DNA of 64,000 nucleotides, taken from contig RDEW01000015.1 of assembly GCA_011109175.1 (NCBI GenBank), positions 1,018,868 to 1,082,867 of the forward strand. Direction: 5' to 3'. The translations under genes and the position numbers were made by a program. This stretch comes from Dicyema japonicum (Eukaryota; Animalia; Dicyemida). Positions 23,841-37,347 of the stretch are shown here, piece after piece (position 1 is the first letter of the stretch; every line of letters starts with the position of its first letter). The notes below the pieces were generated by a model. That model saw only the letters and a list, made by a program, of their open reading frames with translations, did no database searches and was not told the origin of the DNA.

Positions 23841-25718
23841 ATGAATTTAGAATATATTGGTTATTTTATTAGTAAATTTTATTAGAAAACTTTGTGCATA
23901 CATTTCCCGATGTTAATTTATATATAAATTATTTAGACTCTTGAGGGTACCCTCGACTGTGTGAGCAGAGCCCTTACATTTTCCTTTAATAGACTAGGAA
24001 CCCTGCTAGCTGTAGGTTGTAGTGACGGAAGAATCGTTATTTGGGACTTTGTCACAATTTGCATCAACAAAGTCATTACAGCACATGTTTATCCCATTTC
24101 TAGTTTGAGGTTTATTTTCAAGCATTTTTTACTCAAAATGAACATTTTATAATTTTAGCTGGTCAAGAGACTATAAGATTGCCTCTGCTTCTAGCGATAA
24201 CATGTGTCTATATGGGATGTTCCCACTGGGGACTGCCTTTATACGTTCCGGTATTTGCTGTTCTTATTAAGATTTCGTCTAGTGTTTACAAAGTTTCCTT
24301 CAATCCTCGAAATATGGACGAGATTTTAGTTGGAACAGTAAAATCCTCGATTATTCAAATCAAATTGAGCACGTGTGGTTTTTCTCCAATCTCTATGAGT
24401 CCAGACGTTTGACGATATCTTTATTTTTAGCAAGATGCCAATATATGCTTTTCGTATGACAGAAGAGGAGAGTATATTCTTTTAGGGAATAGTCATGGAT
24501 TGGTATCATTATTTCGTTAGTTTTTTAGGTGGATGTTTACAAATCTAAGGATCTTGAAAAAGTTGCATCATTTCGAGTCCAGACGACTTCGTCGAGCCCA
24601 ACTTCAGTGAAATCAATCGAGTTTCCGAGACGCTCAGAGTATGTGTATTTTACTCATAATTATGTAATTCCAATTTTATCACTATTTGCCTTTTTCGTGT
24701 CATTTTTCCAATTTATTAATTTTTCTAGTTTTTTTCTCGTTAATTGTGGAGACAAGACAATTCGGATATTTGATATTTATGTTGTCTTGGAATGTGGAAT
24801 AGAAGGAGAGCCGCAGTCGTTGCTTAAACTGCAAGATCTTGTTAATCGTTGCTTTAGCTTGTTAAGTGAAGAAATTATTGGACAAACTGCCGTTTCTCTG
24901 GTCATGCAAAGTACATTTGTTGCGGCGTCAGGCAAGCAAAACTTGATATACATATGGGAGATGGCATCCGGTGTTCTTGTCAAAATGCTAGGGGATTCAC
25001 AGAGTGACGTTTTGCTTGATCTGGCTGTTTTACTGTTTTAATTAATTAATTAGTGGAATCCTCACCGTTCGATAATCTGTTCTATATCGAAAATGGTTGT
25101 GAACATTTGGTCTCGAGTCATGCAGGTTGGAGGATTGTTTATACTTGTGTAGGAAAGTTGGAGTGCCTATGCTCCAGATTTTAAGGAATTGGATGAAAAT
25201 GTTGAATATGAAGAACGCGAATGTGAGTTGACTTTGATGACGAAGATGGGTTGCCATTTGTGAAAGACGTAGTTATTTTTACTTTATTCTTACATGATAT
25301 TTTTGATTTTCTTAGCTGAACAACCAAATGGATATATTGACGTTCTTAGAATTCAATTTATTAATGAATTCATAAGCAGGTGACTATTATTGAACACACT
25401 TATTATCTATTTTAAAGATGACACTTTAGTGATGAGACCCGCCTTCAAAAATTGTTAAACTCTTGAATTCCTTTCTATTTCCCCTGAAATTGACGATCCG
25501 AGGATTACGTTGAGCCAGATCAAGTTTGTTTGCTGAATAATTAACTAAAGGATGAACAAATGTCCAATGAAAATACTTTAAAGTCATCGTTGCCAAAAAG
25601 AGATAAAATTGTTGACATTTTGTTGACAGACAACACTACTGATGGTTTTTATTATGTGTATTAAAATGAAGAGGAGCTCGAACATGAGAAAGAAGATGAA
25701 CATAAGATATCTTTCTGA
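23841..25718 (+). CDS. RBBP5: Retinoblastoma-binding protein 5 (COMPASS WD40 subunit); multiple 1-nt indels, so pseudogene or consensus error
   Basis: [82 protein letters not shown]. Many short introns. Confidence 0.93.
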
Positions 25719-25967
25719 ATGTCATTTTTCGATTTTTTCATTTACTTTGAATAAATTTTTTTTTTATATTTTTTTTGTTTATTCTAAAAATAAAATGATG
25801 ACACATGGTTTTTTAAGAACATTGGCTCGTGATCATGAGGAGTAACTCCCATCGAGTGCTCAATGCCTGGAGAAATAATGGAGACCTTATAATAATAACT
25901 GATTTTATTGATTTTTATTCAAATAATAATGTTATTAGTTTAAAAAAATAGTGTGCATAATGCCTAT

Positions 25968-26062
25968 TCCCATATTTTCTGAATATCATTTCCCTTTATT
26001 CTCTGAATATTATCTACCCGTATCCTCTAATATTATCTCCTCGCATCCTCTGAGTATCCTGT
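25968..26062 (+). repeat. About 4 copies of a degenerate 23-24-bp tandem repeat
   Basis: Consensus roughly ccc.tat(t/c)ctctgaatattatct, directly upstream of a CRE-like element. Confidence 0.7.
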
Positions 26063-26069
26063 TCTCACT

Positions 26070-27790
26070 GAGGAAAATCGTACCAGCGAAGTCAGCCTAG
26101 AGATGTTCATCTTGTCGGCTAGTCAGATCTCGGAAGCGTAGAATCTCCTGCTTGTGGAAATTTCTTCCGCCTTGGGTGTGTCAAACTATCCAAGTCCCCG
26201 CGAGTATGGCACTGCCATTCATACCTCGGCCTATGCAGGGAGGTTCCTCTTAACGCGCCATTGTTAACTCTCCCGTTAATTGCTTATCACCTACGGACCC
26301 CGAAACAATTCTACGTCTCATCTCGGGGCGATGTTCTTCATGGATTATCCTGATGAAGATTCCCAAGGCCGTACGCCCTGTCACTGCGGAGGCCCTTTCC
26401 AATACGATCGAACATGTCCTCCGGACGAACGTAATACAGGACTGGTCCGTCTACTCAATGTTGCATCTTCCGCATTGATACTTTATCGAGGTGGTCACAT
26501 AAAGGAGTTTCTCGCTGCTGCCATGAGGATCAACATTCATTCTTTTATGGGAGGAACCCATATCCCCGGTTCTTCAGATCCTCTAACTAAAAGTGGGAGA
26601 CAAATATTCCAAACAAGGAAGTGGAAGTGCTCAGTCTCAAAAGAACTGTTTGCTCGAAGTCAATTGAAGTTGTTACCTGAGCAGCAATCAGCGGACTTAC
26701 TTTAAGTGAACTTAGAAAACCGACTCCCAATGCCTACAGCTTTTTGCTGAAAAAGCATTATCTGCCGCCCCACAACCTACGCCCAGTCGCTCCCCCAGCT
26801 GGAGTGAGTCTTCTGAATGTATCAAAGATGAAGTACTCATCTCAAAACGGAATTTTGCCATAGTAGCAGTCGCAGGCTCGACAGAATGAGACCTAGCTAT
26901 CTGAAAGATCTAACTTTTTTGTCCGTAGGAGATCCAGGACTTTGTCTTACAAATTCAATTACCTCATAAACCTTATTCTGTCTGTAGAACTCCCCTAAGT
27001 TGTCATCCACGTGTTGTTCTCCGCCAACTTAATAGCCTTCGATAAGAAGGGCTGCAGTGTACGACCAGTTGCGGTTGGGTTTGTCTTCAAGACGCTGGCT
27101 GTCAAAATTGCCTTCCTATATTCTATTCTAATCGTCGCAGGCTTGTGTCTACTTGACTTGCATACGTCGTTACTCCTACCGAAGAACAGCCTCAATGTAC
27201 AGAAGGCTTGCGAATATCCTGAGGACTGCTCACTCAATGAGACCAACTCGTACACATCTTCCGTTTAACAGCTGAGTGTATCTTTAACACATGGCCTTGA
27301 ACAAAGTCGTTAGGCAAGCTTTGAACGCAACCGGAAATCCTACTATGCTCGAACCAGTCGGTCTTTGTAGGCGTGACGGGAAACGACCAGATGGGATGAC
27401 CATCTTCCCTCTTGAAGTAGGGAAACGTTTTGTCTGGGACGTCACCTGCACAGACGCATTCTCCCCCTTGCAACTTACATCAAAGTGCCTCTGGAGCCTG
27501 TTCTAGCAGCCGCCTTATCCTTTCTCATTACTCCTCCTGAAAGCCGAGAGGTCAAAACAGGAAAAGTACGATGCCCTACCTGAGGATTTTTTGCTTGTTC
27601 CGCTCGCTATTGAAAAGGTTCCCTTATACCCACCACTCTTGAATTCTTGAGTCGTCTAGGGAATCGGATTTCTGCACGAACAGAAGATCCCCGTGAGCGC
27701 TGCTGGCTATTTGAGTGAATCTCGCTTCCATCATGAGAGGGAATAGCTACTCAGTCAGGGCGGCCGCTGTATGACTTTTTGTTTATTTTA
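26070..27790 (+). mobile_element. CRE-like retrotransposon with large internal deletions
   Basis: ANLIAFDKKGCSVRPVAVG is joined closely to LEPVGLCRRDGKRPDGMTIFP..VWDVTC (RLE domain); the RT core is missing. Confidence 0.85.
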
Positions 27791-28099
27791 TTTAACAAAA
27801 GTTAAAATAATAAAAACAAAGCAAGCTGTCAGCTGTCAAGAGACGGTGACATTGCCGCTGTCTCAAAGTTGTGTCTCTGGCCTATATTAATTAAATCTTC
27901 AATTTCACTGATGGCCTATATTAATTGTCTTTATTGCCCATAAACTTGTAATTAGTTAGAATTCTTTATTATACTTTAGATTTTATCTACAATGAAGAAA
28001 ACCACTGATAACTAAGTTTCTCTTGTTGCCTTTGTTCGTTGATTGAATTATTTTTCGGTATATAAATTTTGCAAAATCTATTGACTTTAATATCTATCA

Positions 28100-31050
28100 G
28101 TTATCTTGCAATAAATAGTGGCTGAACTATGCCACATGGCGACAATGTTAGTTTGGTGCTCCCCGAGGCTTTTTTTGTATCCTACCATATTCAACTTGCA
28201 CCCAAGAGATATTCCAACCAATTCCAAAACACTTTTCGTATCATATGCGGATGTCCTGATTATCGCCTCTAAAGACAATGACGTTAACGAAGCAACAAAG
28301 AATGTTCAGAACCATTTGAAAACCATTGAAGAGTGGCTTAAAGCAAATATTTATTCCCCTCTCCGTCGAAATCCACCGTAGAAGTATTCATTTCCAACGT
28401 CCACAAACTAAATTTTCAATTAATCTTAACAATTCATAAACACACACTCCCCGTTACGAAACATCCCAAAATACTTTGAGTCATTTTCGATCAACTACCA
28501 ACTTTCTCGAAACATGTGGAACAACAATTCACAAAGGCCTCTCCCAAAATCAACAATTTGAAAGCTGTGTCAGGGCATTTTTTGGTTAAAACAAAGAAGC
28601 CATAACTATCATATATAAACAATTTATTCGAACCACAATGCAATTCTTTGGTCGACCTCTGCCTCCCTCACTTCTATCGACAAACTACAAAAAGTCCAAC
28701 ACATTGCGCTCAGAACAATTACTGGATGTCTCAGATCAACCCTATTAATAATCTACACTGAGGATCAAGAGACCATCTCGAAATGAGAGCCCTGCAGTTC
28801 CTCTCTCAAGCACACAGCCTAGACCAGTGTTTCCCAACCTGGGTTCCGCGAAATATTCTAGAGGTTCCGCGAAGTTCAAATGTTTTTTTTATTCTTTTTT
28901 CAAAAGAATGATTTTTCAAAACGAATTAATTTAATTTGCGCGTGTCTAAATGGAGTCTTGTGACAGTGCATATCTTAAAGCTCGATCATATCGATAAAGT
29001 TATATTGCCCTTGGTTTCACATGGACTGGGTCATAGATTGCCCTCTACCACTTTATGTTGTTTGCGGTGAAAAACTTGCGAATAGTGCTATGGCTTCAAC
29101 GAAACGTAGACGTCATTAATACATTAAGCACCCTAAACTTTCAAAGAAAAAAACGAATATTTTATGCGGAAATTGGACCAGAATAAAGTTCAAGCATCCC
29201 GTTTTACAAAAAAATAAAATAAAAATCACTGCATGTTAGTTATGCTGTTGCTGAGATTGCCGCTAAATATATGAAATCGCATACTCTCGCCGAAACTGCT
29301 ATTTTGCCTGAATTCAAAGAAGTACTGAAGCCAATGTTCGGAGAAATTGCTGCCGGTGAGCTCGACTTAATTCCTATTTCTAATAATTCTGTGAGCAGAC
29401 GCATCAATGATATGTCTGATGACATTGAAACCAATTTGGTTCGGCGAATAAAAAAATCTGTGTTTTTTGCGCTTCAAGTGGATGAAAGCTCAGATATTAC
29501 AAAAAATGCAACTCCTTGTTTTCGTTCGATGCATGAATGATGAGTCCATTGTTCAAGATTTTTTTCTTTGCTGCAAAAAGTTGCTCGGAACAACAAAGCA
29601 ATATGACATTTTCAATCCTATAAATTCATATTTTGAGGATATAAAGTTCGATTAAAATGCATGTGTTGGTATCTGCACTGATGATGCTCCGGCAATGACT
29701 GGGCAGTTAAAGGCTTTGTTTTATTGCGAAAAATAAGAATCCGAACATTATTCACACGCATTGTTTTTCTTCACCGCGAGGCATGGTCGCAAAAACTATT
29801 GGACGTGAATTTCAATGTGCTTTGGATATGGTTGTAAAAATAATTAATTACATAAAAATGAAGCAGCATACCTCGCCGATATTTTTAATGAACTCAATGT
29901 TCTCAATTGCAGCATTCAAGGAAGAAATGAAAAAAAACTACAAATATGAAACGAAATATCACGAATGGAAACTTGGAATGTTCCCTCGTGTGAAGGAAAG
30001 AAATTTTAAAAAATTGTTCCACAAATTGTAGACCATTTGGAGTAACTATTTACATGTATGAATAATTATTTTCTACCCATATCAGTTGAACTATATGATT
30101 ACGAGAAGAATCCTTTTGCTGAGTACGAAATAACTGGATACGAGCTATCATTAAAAAAGGGAGAACTTGCTTTTGTTTAAAGTGACAGAACGTAAAAAAT
30201 GGAACATTTACAGCTTGATATTGATTCGTTTTGGCTGATTGTTAAAAAAGAATATCCTATTCTGGCAAACAAAGCTTTAAGAGTTTTCGTTCAGTTTTCA
30301 ACGACTTATCTCTGTGAAAGTGGATTTTCTGAATTAACAAATATAAATCATAAAACGCGCGAACCTACTGTATAGGAAGAAGACCTGCGTTTATCTGTCA
30401 AGGACAAAGCCAAATATTACAGAGCTATGCAAGAGACATCAGCCTCAACCATCTCACTAACTAGCATTTTATTTTTTTATATTAGTAAGTAAAATACTGA
30501 TAATTGTTGAAAACTATATAAGGGTTCCGTATAAAATGAAAAATGTCGATAGGGTTTCGTGCTCTCAGAAAGGTTGGGAACCACTGGCCTAGACCATCCC
30601 TGCCACTTTCTATGCAAACCCCAAAAAAATATTATGACAACCAGTGACCTGTCTCGAATGCTATCATCCATCCATTCCATCCCCAATGACCGAAGTCGTA
30701 TGAAACGGATACACGATTTTCTTTCAACGAGAAGCATCCAAAGACTCGATGATGATAAAATACTACACCGGCCCTCTCCTCCGATAGACCAATCAGAATC
30801 CCCTCTTCCAAGGGACATCTAGATAAACCTGGCTCGTCTACGATGTGGGCACCACCCCTTCTCTACCGAAGTACAATGTCCTCTGTCCCTTTTGCAACCT
30901 CTACGAGTTGACAACAAATCTCATATTTGTATGTCATGAATTATCACAACGTTTGTCTACAATGCAAGCACTGACTACATTTGCTGCGTCCTATTTAATT
31001 GACGTTGGCCTCCTACAAGTTAATGAGGCCGGGGTTACTTAACTAACTAT
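28100..31050 (+). mobile_element. jockey/I-like LINE 3' half, interrupted by a hAT element
   Basis: SYADVLII, YKQFIR, ALRTITGC, then after the insertion LDHPCH...LARLRCGHH, CPFC, ending EAGVT* with an (AACT)n tail. Confidence 0.85.
28825..30586 (+). mobile_element. hAT (Buster/Charlie) DNA transposon, both ends intact, decayed transposase
   Basis: TIRs CAGTGTTTCCCAACCT and AGGTTGGGAACCACTG; 8-bp TSD gcctagac at 28817-28824 and 30587-30594. Motifs SNNSVSRRI, FALQVDESSD, ICTD, HC..HRE, FSTTYLCESGFS. Confidence 0.96.
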
Positions 31051-31170
31051 ACTTTCCCAATGTCACATCAATCCATTAAAGGGGAATTTGATTTCCCTTT
31101 TGACATGAATCAATGTATTGATATTACTTCAATGTTCTTTTTATAAATCATCCTTAAATCTAAAACTAAA

Positions 31171-32228
31171 ATGCATGATGGAGGTGAGAATAAATTTTAC
31201 GATTCCGTTGAGATTGATCTACATCAGATAACAAACTCAAAGGTTATGTAATTTAAATATAATTAGAATGAGGGATCTACGTACTTATCAGTGATGAATG
31301 TTTTAAAATCTTTACGAAAAAGCAAGATCAACGAAAGTTCATTTATTGAATCAATAAAAATCTTCGTCTTATTAATAAAAGAAGAATTCGAAATTTGAAA
31401 ATAGTAAATTTCGATAGAAAAAAAAGAGTTAAATATTTTTTAATAAATATTAAAAATTATTCCTGGCCTATTGTGTTCCTTATTATTTTGATGTCATATT
31501 TACTGTCGTGGTTTATATTTGGAATTATTTGGTATGGGGGGGTGGAACTTTCACATTCAAACATCTGCGTGGCAAATGTTGAATCGTTTCTTGGAGCTAT
31601 GATATTTTCTATCGAAACCCAGAGTTCAATTGGGTTCGGATATATGTATATTACTGGTAATTGCACATGGACTGTATTTGTTTTAATATTACAAGCTTTT
31701 TTTGACGCAATTGTTGGAACTTTTACTGTAGGATTTTTACTTGTTAAATTTTTCGCTCCAATTTATAGAGAAAAAACCTGGTTTTTTTCGAAAAATGCTG
31801 TTATTTGTAAACGAAATGGAATTGATTGTTTTATTTGTCGTGTAATTAATATTCAAAAATCACAAGTAATTAATACAAAAATTCGTCTCTATATGGTTTT
31901 AACCAGGATTACTATGGAAGGAGAAATAATTCCATTTTATTTGAGAAAAATGAAGGTTGAAGATTCATCTAGTGGTTGTTTAAGAACCGTGGTCCATAAA
32001 ATTACCCCAAATAGCCCATTGTGGAAATATAATGAACAAAAGTTTAATAATAGAGGAGTAGAAATCCATGTGTATATTTCTGGATCGAGCGAATCATCTG
32101 GATTAATTGTGTATTCCAAAGAAAGTTATAAAACAAATGAAGTTGCGTGGAAATGCAAATTTAAGGAAATCATTGAAAACAATTCATGGAAAATTAATCT
32201 CAATGATTTTAACACAATTATTGACTAA
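31171..32228 (+). CDS. Inward-rectifier potassium channel (Kir family), atypical pore
   Basis: M1 SYLLSWFIFGIIWY, CVANV, FSIETQSSIGFG, M2, FSKNAVI, TMEGEIIP, VVHKITPNSPLW. Probable 5' exon from ATG 31171 with a 24-nt intron; joining it needs a 1-nt shift near 31355. Confidence 0.92.
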
Positions 32229-32689
32229 CAAATATTACACTCCTTTATTTAGTTTGTAAATTACTAAGACTATACACGGTTTGTAAATTACGACCCAATG
32301 GGGATTATTTGGACATATATTACGGATGAGTCATGCCTCTTTAAGACGGTAATTTGCATATTGGCTTGTAAATACCTATCAACTCCCAACTTTAATAAAT
32401 ATCCCTTGTGTACTGGCGATAATTCCCTACCATGTTATTACGCATGTTATTAACAGGACCTTGCGTATACATTATGGCTAATCTGGTAGCCAGGCGGACA
32501 TACTTATGCTTCTTATCGGTTACTACCGTTTACAAACGATCTAACTATGTAATCTCAACTCTACAGTTAAAATCTCTCCTGAGACTTTTTCATGCACCAC
32601 AATGTCCGGATTATAGTGTTTGACAATAATGGAAGTCCGAATATTGCTATCGACCATTTTTTGACATCCATTTATTTATTTTATATAAA

Positions 32690-33480
32690 AACAAGAATAA
32701 AAGACAAAGTAAATGAGAGTGAAGCCGTCAGGTGATCCCGGCCTCCTTAAGCAGCCGGGTTATCTTTTTTTGGGTAGAAACATCTTTTTTAGTATCAAAA
32801 TAGTGTTTTTAAAAAGTTTATTTTCGCTGGGAAGAGATGACGTTGCTCACATGTTTGCTTAAGGTCATTAGTGGGTCATATGTGACCCCCAGTTATTTGG
32901 TTGAATTTTTGGAGGGGATTGTTATTTCATTTAGGGTCAATGAAGGTACCGAGTTTGTCAATCTTCTATTGGAAGTAAAATCATGGATCACAACTTTTCA
33001 GGACTTGTAACTCTTGTAAACGGGTATTCGCTGTGTGGATACATTGGTCTCTTGTTGCCAGGATTATGTCGTCAGCATAAGCAAGGAACAGAGTATCGTC
33101 GCTGCTTTGGGAAGGCATGTCACTCATAAAGAGGTTGAAGAAAATGGGTGAGAGAGAAGATCTTTGCGGGACTCCACTCGGCAGAAATTTGGTGACAGAA
33201 ATATGGAATATGAAATTACTCTTTCTCTTTGTCCGTTGAAGAAGTTTGCAAGCAAAATTTTCAAGTTGTTTGGAATGTTAGAGCCATAAATCTTTCTAGT
33301 GAGAATTTCCTCGAAATAGAGTCAAAAGCCCTCTTTATGTCAATGGAACACATAATGGTATTTTGATGCCGAGGTTTGCATTGTAGGCCTTCCTTGATGA
33401 ATTTTGTCAAGCAAGTAAGGTTGGTAGTTGTGGAGCGAGTTCAAGGTATTTGCATTGAAGAGGATTGAGTGAAAGGCTTC
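32690..33480 (-). mobile_element. jockey/I-like RT fragment with 3' end
   Basis: CSIDIKRAFDS, GVPQRSSLSPIFFNLFMSDMP, LAYADDIIL, terminus LLKEAGIT*. Confidence 0.85.
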
Positions 33481-33499
33481 CAAGTTTTTTTTTTAAATC

Positions 33500-34730
33500 A
33501 AGGTTTCTTTCTGTAACTTGATCAACTCTTTCACATTCCCAACCTCACAAACTGACTGAACAGCAAAAGCAAACAAAGGCTGCGCATACATTCGCTAAGA
33601 TATTTTTCACATCCAAATAAGTGAGTTCCCATGAGAATACAAAAGACACGTGTTAATCAAAGCTTGTTCCTTAGCACCCTGGAAGTTCTAAGTTAATTCT
33701 CGGGTATAATACAATTAATATCGACAAAACTTGCGACCTAATTCGACACTAAATTGGTCTCAATTTGTATCAGGTGTGGATACATGCTATCGGGTGTTAA
33801 TTTGTCAGGTCACATTTGATTGTCCATCTTTGGAATCAAAAGGTGATTTCAGAACAAATCCAAGTTGAAATTGACTCCAAGTTATCAATAGATTTTTGAA
33901 TAAAACTACATATAAAGTCGTGATCGAGAAAGCAGTTCTTGATAAAGAAATTATGTCAAACCCGGGTATTTTCCAATAGGAAGAGTAAACAACTCCCACT
34001 AAACTTCTTTCGAATGTCGGACACTACAAAAAACTCAGTCGTCAAAGGTATGGTCTCATCTAGAACAGGTTTCACCGACCCTTTTCGGGTTCGATGTTTC
34101 CACTCACTCCCCATGACGTAAAAAGTAAAAAATGGCACACACTGTCGATGATGGGATTGGTGGATACTATATCCACAATATCTGAACACCTTCTTTTTAA
34201 GCATTGGTTGTTCCCCGCAATAATAGTAAGATCAGACTTCATGATTTTAGAACCTTCGAATCTCCAAAAAAGGGCCAACAGGTTGCGTGACTTTCAGTTA
34301 TTTTTCGACACAAATATCAAGCAGCATTTAGCAATTCCAAGTCTGAACTGTGCTTTCCACCAGATTATGAGTATTAGCAGTATTCCCTTTGTTCATGTAA
34401 ATTGAAACAATTTTTTTATTGTTAGAGGTTCGGTTAGTTTCCATGACCGAAATTTTCCCGTGTTGAATTCGCGTCCGTTTGGGTTAAAAAATCACATTTT
34501 ATGGGATGTGTAGAGTATCCCGAAATACATTCAACATCTTGAAGGTTTTCATCGACCCTGATTAGCAAGTCACTCAGCATATCACGCAAATTATTCAACA
34601 CTGAGTTTTTTTCTACCGAAATCCGACCATTAACTGATCATATCGTACATATGGATTCCGATTTGTCAGGTTCGTTGAGCTTTCTGCTTGTAGTCGTAAT
34701 TGCTTCTGTGGAAGCAAGAACATAACGATT
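33500..34730 (-). mobile_element. Possible decayed LTR-retrotransposon gag/protease fragment
   Basis: Weak: MLLDI (aspartic-protease-like), LTIIAGNNQ, TEFFVV, LRDMLSDLLI. No LTRs seen. Confidence 0.25.
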
Positions 34731-34974
34731 TTTGACTGTATAGGTCTCGTTCCATTCTTAGAATGTGACCAAATACATTTTTAATTATGGTGATTGTTTC
34801 CTTCCACAATTCTATATTCCTTCCAGTGGTTTCATGCTTCGGCCAGAGTGACCTTATATCTCTCTTGGGTTGTCTAATAAATATAATAATAATAACAGCT
34901 TTTTCATGAGAGCCATAATATTTATAGCTCCGCATAGGAAGGACACACAAGTAAAGAACAGTTAATTTTAACTA

Positions 34975-35935
34975 ATCGTAGAACCAAGGAAAACTCTTCA
35001 TAAAAATCTTCTCCATTAAGGACATCGGGAAGCGTTATACGCGGACGGTCTCTGAACTTTTTTCCCCAGATGTTTCAAAAAATTCTTCCATGATGATGTT
35101 TGCTGGAGTATCTCGTTCCATTCTTAAAATGTGACCAAATAGTTTCCACCGCGTCTTCACGATCAAGGTGCTCAGAGGTCCAGAAAAGCATCTTTTGTAC
35201 AATGTTTCACTCCCAAGAGAGACCGAAATTGATTGCTATGAAAGGAGTCGAACCTTTGTCCGTCGGTTTTCAAGATTCCCCATGTTTTAGAGTTTTACGT
35301 AAGGGATTTGGTTTCACGAAAGCCTTCAAACAATCTGAGTCGGAGTGATAGACAGACTGGACGCTTTTTGGATCCATCCTTTTGCAATGGTTACCGTGGA
35401 TAACAATTTTCCTTCTGGCAATGTATTCGGAGTCCCCAGAAGTGAGCCAAGTATTATGGTCTTCCTCCAGTTTTCGGTACTGGCGTAGTTCCATCCGCTT
35501 GATCTCGACGATTTCCGTCTTCGAAGCGTTCAATAATAGAGACCATTTAGCCAGGCGGTCTGGTGCTACCTCCAGTAGACGTATAAATGCATCTTGTTAC
35601 TAGAAACAAAGTCAGCATTAATCGGCATAAACAATTTCCATAATATAGTCGCTGTAGTACTTCCGGAGATCTCGAGAGCAGGTATACAGCGAACAATAGT
35701 TGAGAGAAGGAATCTCCTTGAGGTGTGCCCACTGTTGTCACGATTTCTTGTGACATACATTTTCCAATACGCATTAGGAACACTGTGTCAGATAGAAGTT
35801 ATCGGTATTTAAGGTGACCGAGTCCTGATCCAGGAAACTTTCCAGCACTTCAATGAGTTTTCCTCGACGGACGGTGTCGAAAATTCTGGTTGCGATCAAT
35901 TCCAAGAATAGCTAGTTTTAGTATCCGAGTGAACC
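34975..35935 (-). mobile_element. RTE-like LINE fragment, same family as 15805-16913
   Basis: Clear nucleotide colinearity (e.g. cacttcaatgagttttc..cgacggac..tgtcgaaa); GTPQGDS motif. Confidence 0.9.
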
Positions 35936-36036
35936 TTGCGTAGTTTTTTGTTTCGTTTTAATTAATAAATTATTTTATTTATAATTTAATTAAAAATATA
36001 ATAATTTTGCATGTTTTCATGTGTAAATCTAATGTT

Positions 36037-36567
36037 ATGAAATTTCCTGGATTTATACGGACTGCTTTATGCTACTTATCAGATAATCATGAAAATAGAA
36101 AAATAATTATTCGATATAGTAAATCAGGTGGTCATGGAGGACAAAAAATTAACAAAAGTAAAAGACTATAAAAACATTAAGGAAATTCGAAAGTCGAATT
36201 AAAATTTCACGTTGATTCTGCTAACTGGATAGAATGTGAAATTAAAAAAATTTTATACAATAGAGTGAATAAGATTATGTATAAATAGTTTAAGTCAAAA
36301 ATTAATGATAACGGATTTTTTATAATCTCCTCAGAAAATTTTAGATCTCAACACTTAAACGAAAAAGATTGCTATGAAAAAATACAAAATATTATTGATA
36401 CTTGCAGGAATATTTTAGAGGAACAAAATAAACTTATAGATTATGAAGAATTACTCAAACAACAGGAAAAGTAATCATTAATGAATTGTTTTAGAACAAA
36501 AATGGCTTCAAAGATTAGAGTCGACAGAAAGAGAATTGATTCTTACTATAGAAAACGTAATTTATAA
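36037..36567 (+). CDS. MRPL58: Mitochondrial peptidyl-tRNA hydrolase ICT1/mL62, three 24-nt introns
   Basis: IRYSKSGGHGGQKINK..NSKVELKFHVDSANWI..KINDNGFFIISSENFRSQHLN and a basic C-terminal tail. The start codon is uncertain. Confidence 0.9.
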
Positions 36568-36599
36568 TAAATTTCTTAATTTTTTTTAAATACAAAACC

Positions 36600-37300
36600 C
36601 CTCATAAATTAAGACAACCAAGAAGGTATCAAAGACAACGAATTAAGTGATCTCAGATTTTAATAACTCGTGTTCCGGGGTCGATCCTACCGCTTTCTGG
36701 AAGTGTCTTTTTAACGTCAACGGATTACCTTGTTTTTCATCTATAGTATAACGGAGTCAGAACCCGGATAATAGAAAGTGTACTTCCTTGATGTTTTGCC
36801 GTCATTGGCATTTATTTTGATATTTAATATGAAGTTTTAAGACAGGTTAATCCAAACTTTTAACTGACCGACAGTTTTCTTTGACATTTTTAAGCATTCG
36901 ACAACCAATAAATAAATAAAAGCCTTAGGTCGTTTATGTGTGACTGAAGTTCTCATTTTGCCATATACACATATCTGTTTCTGTTTGCAATAATTAAATC
37001 GTAAGAGTTTTGTCACTAGGCGCGATATCACACAGGTATGGAAATCGACCGGTAAGATGAAAGTGAGGCTTTCGATTTCCTGGTTTTTAGGCGTGTATGA
37101 TGTGAGTTCTTCCATTTGTAGGAATATCGTTGCGTTTGAGACATTAAAAATTGAAGTAATCGATGTGATTGCAATCCCTCCAAGATGCTTTAGCAGAATT
37201 CCGAGAATACCATCTGGACCACATGTATATGACTACTTCATGGATCTATTAGAGTTACCTTGACTTATTTGCCCCAATGTATATAATAGCTCTCTGGATG
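36600..37300 (-). mobile_element. jockey/I-like LINE fragment
   Basis: TCGPDGILGILLKHLG..ITSIFN, PKNQE, RFPYLCDI remnants. Confidence 0.65.
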
Positions 37301-37347
37301 CTATAAATTATAAAACAATTTTTAATTTTAAAAGAATGAAAAAGATA

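Noticed and set aside
25968-26062. CRISPR-like array
   Set aside because: Units are adjacent with no unique spacers, the context is eukaryotic and there are no cas genes.
27840-27870. Helitron 3' hairpin
   Set aside because: The hairpin is imperfect, with no CTRR terminus at the expected distance and no Rep/helicase evidence.
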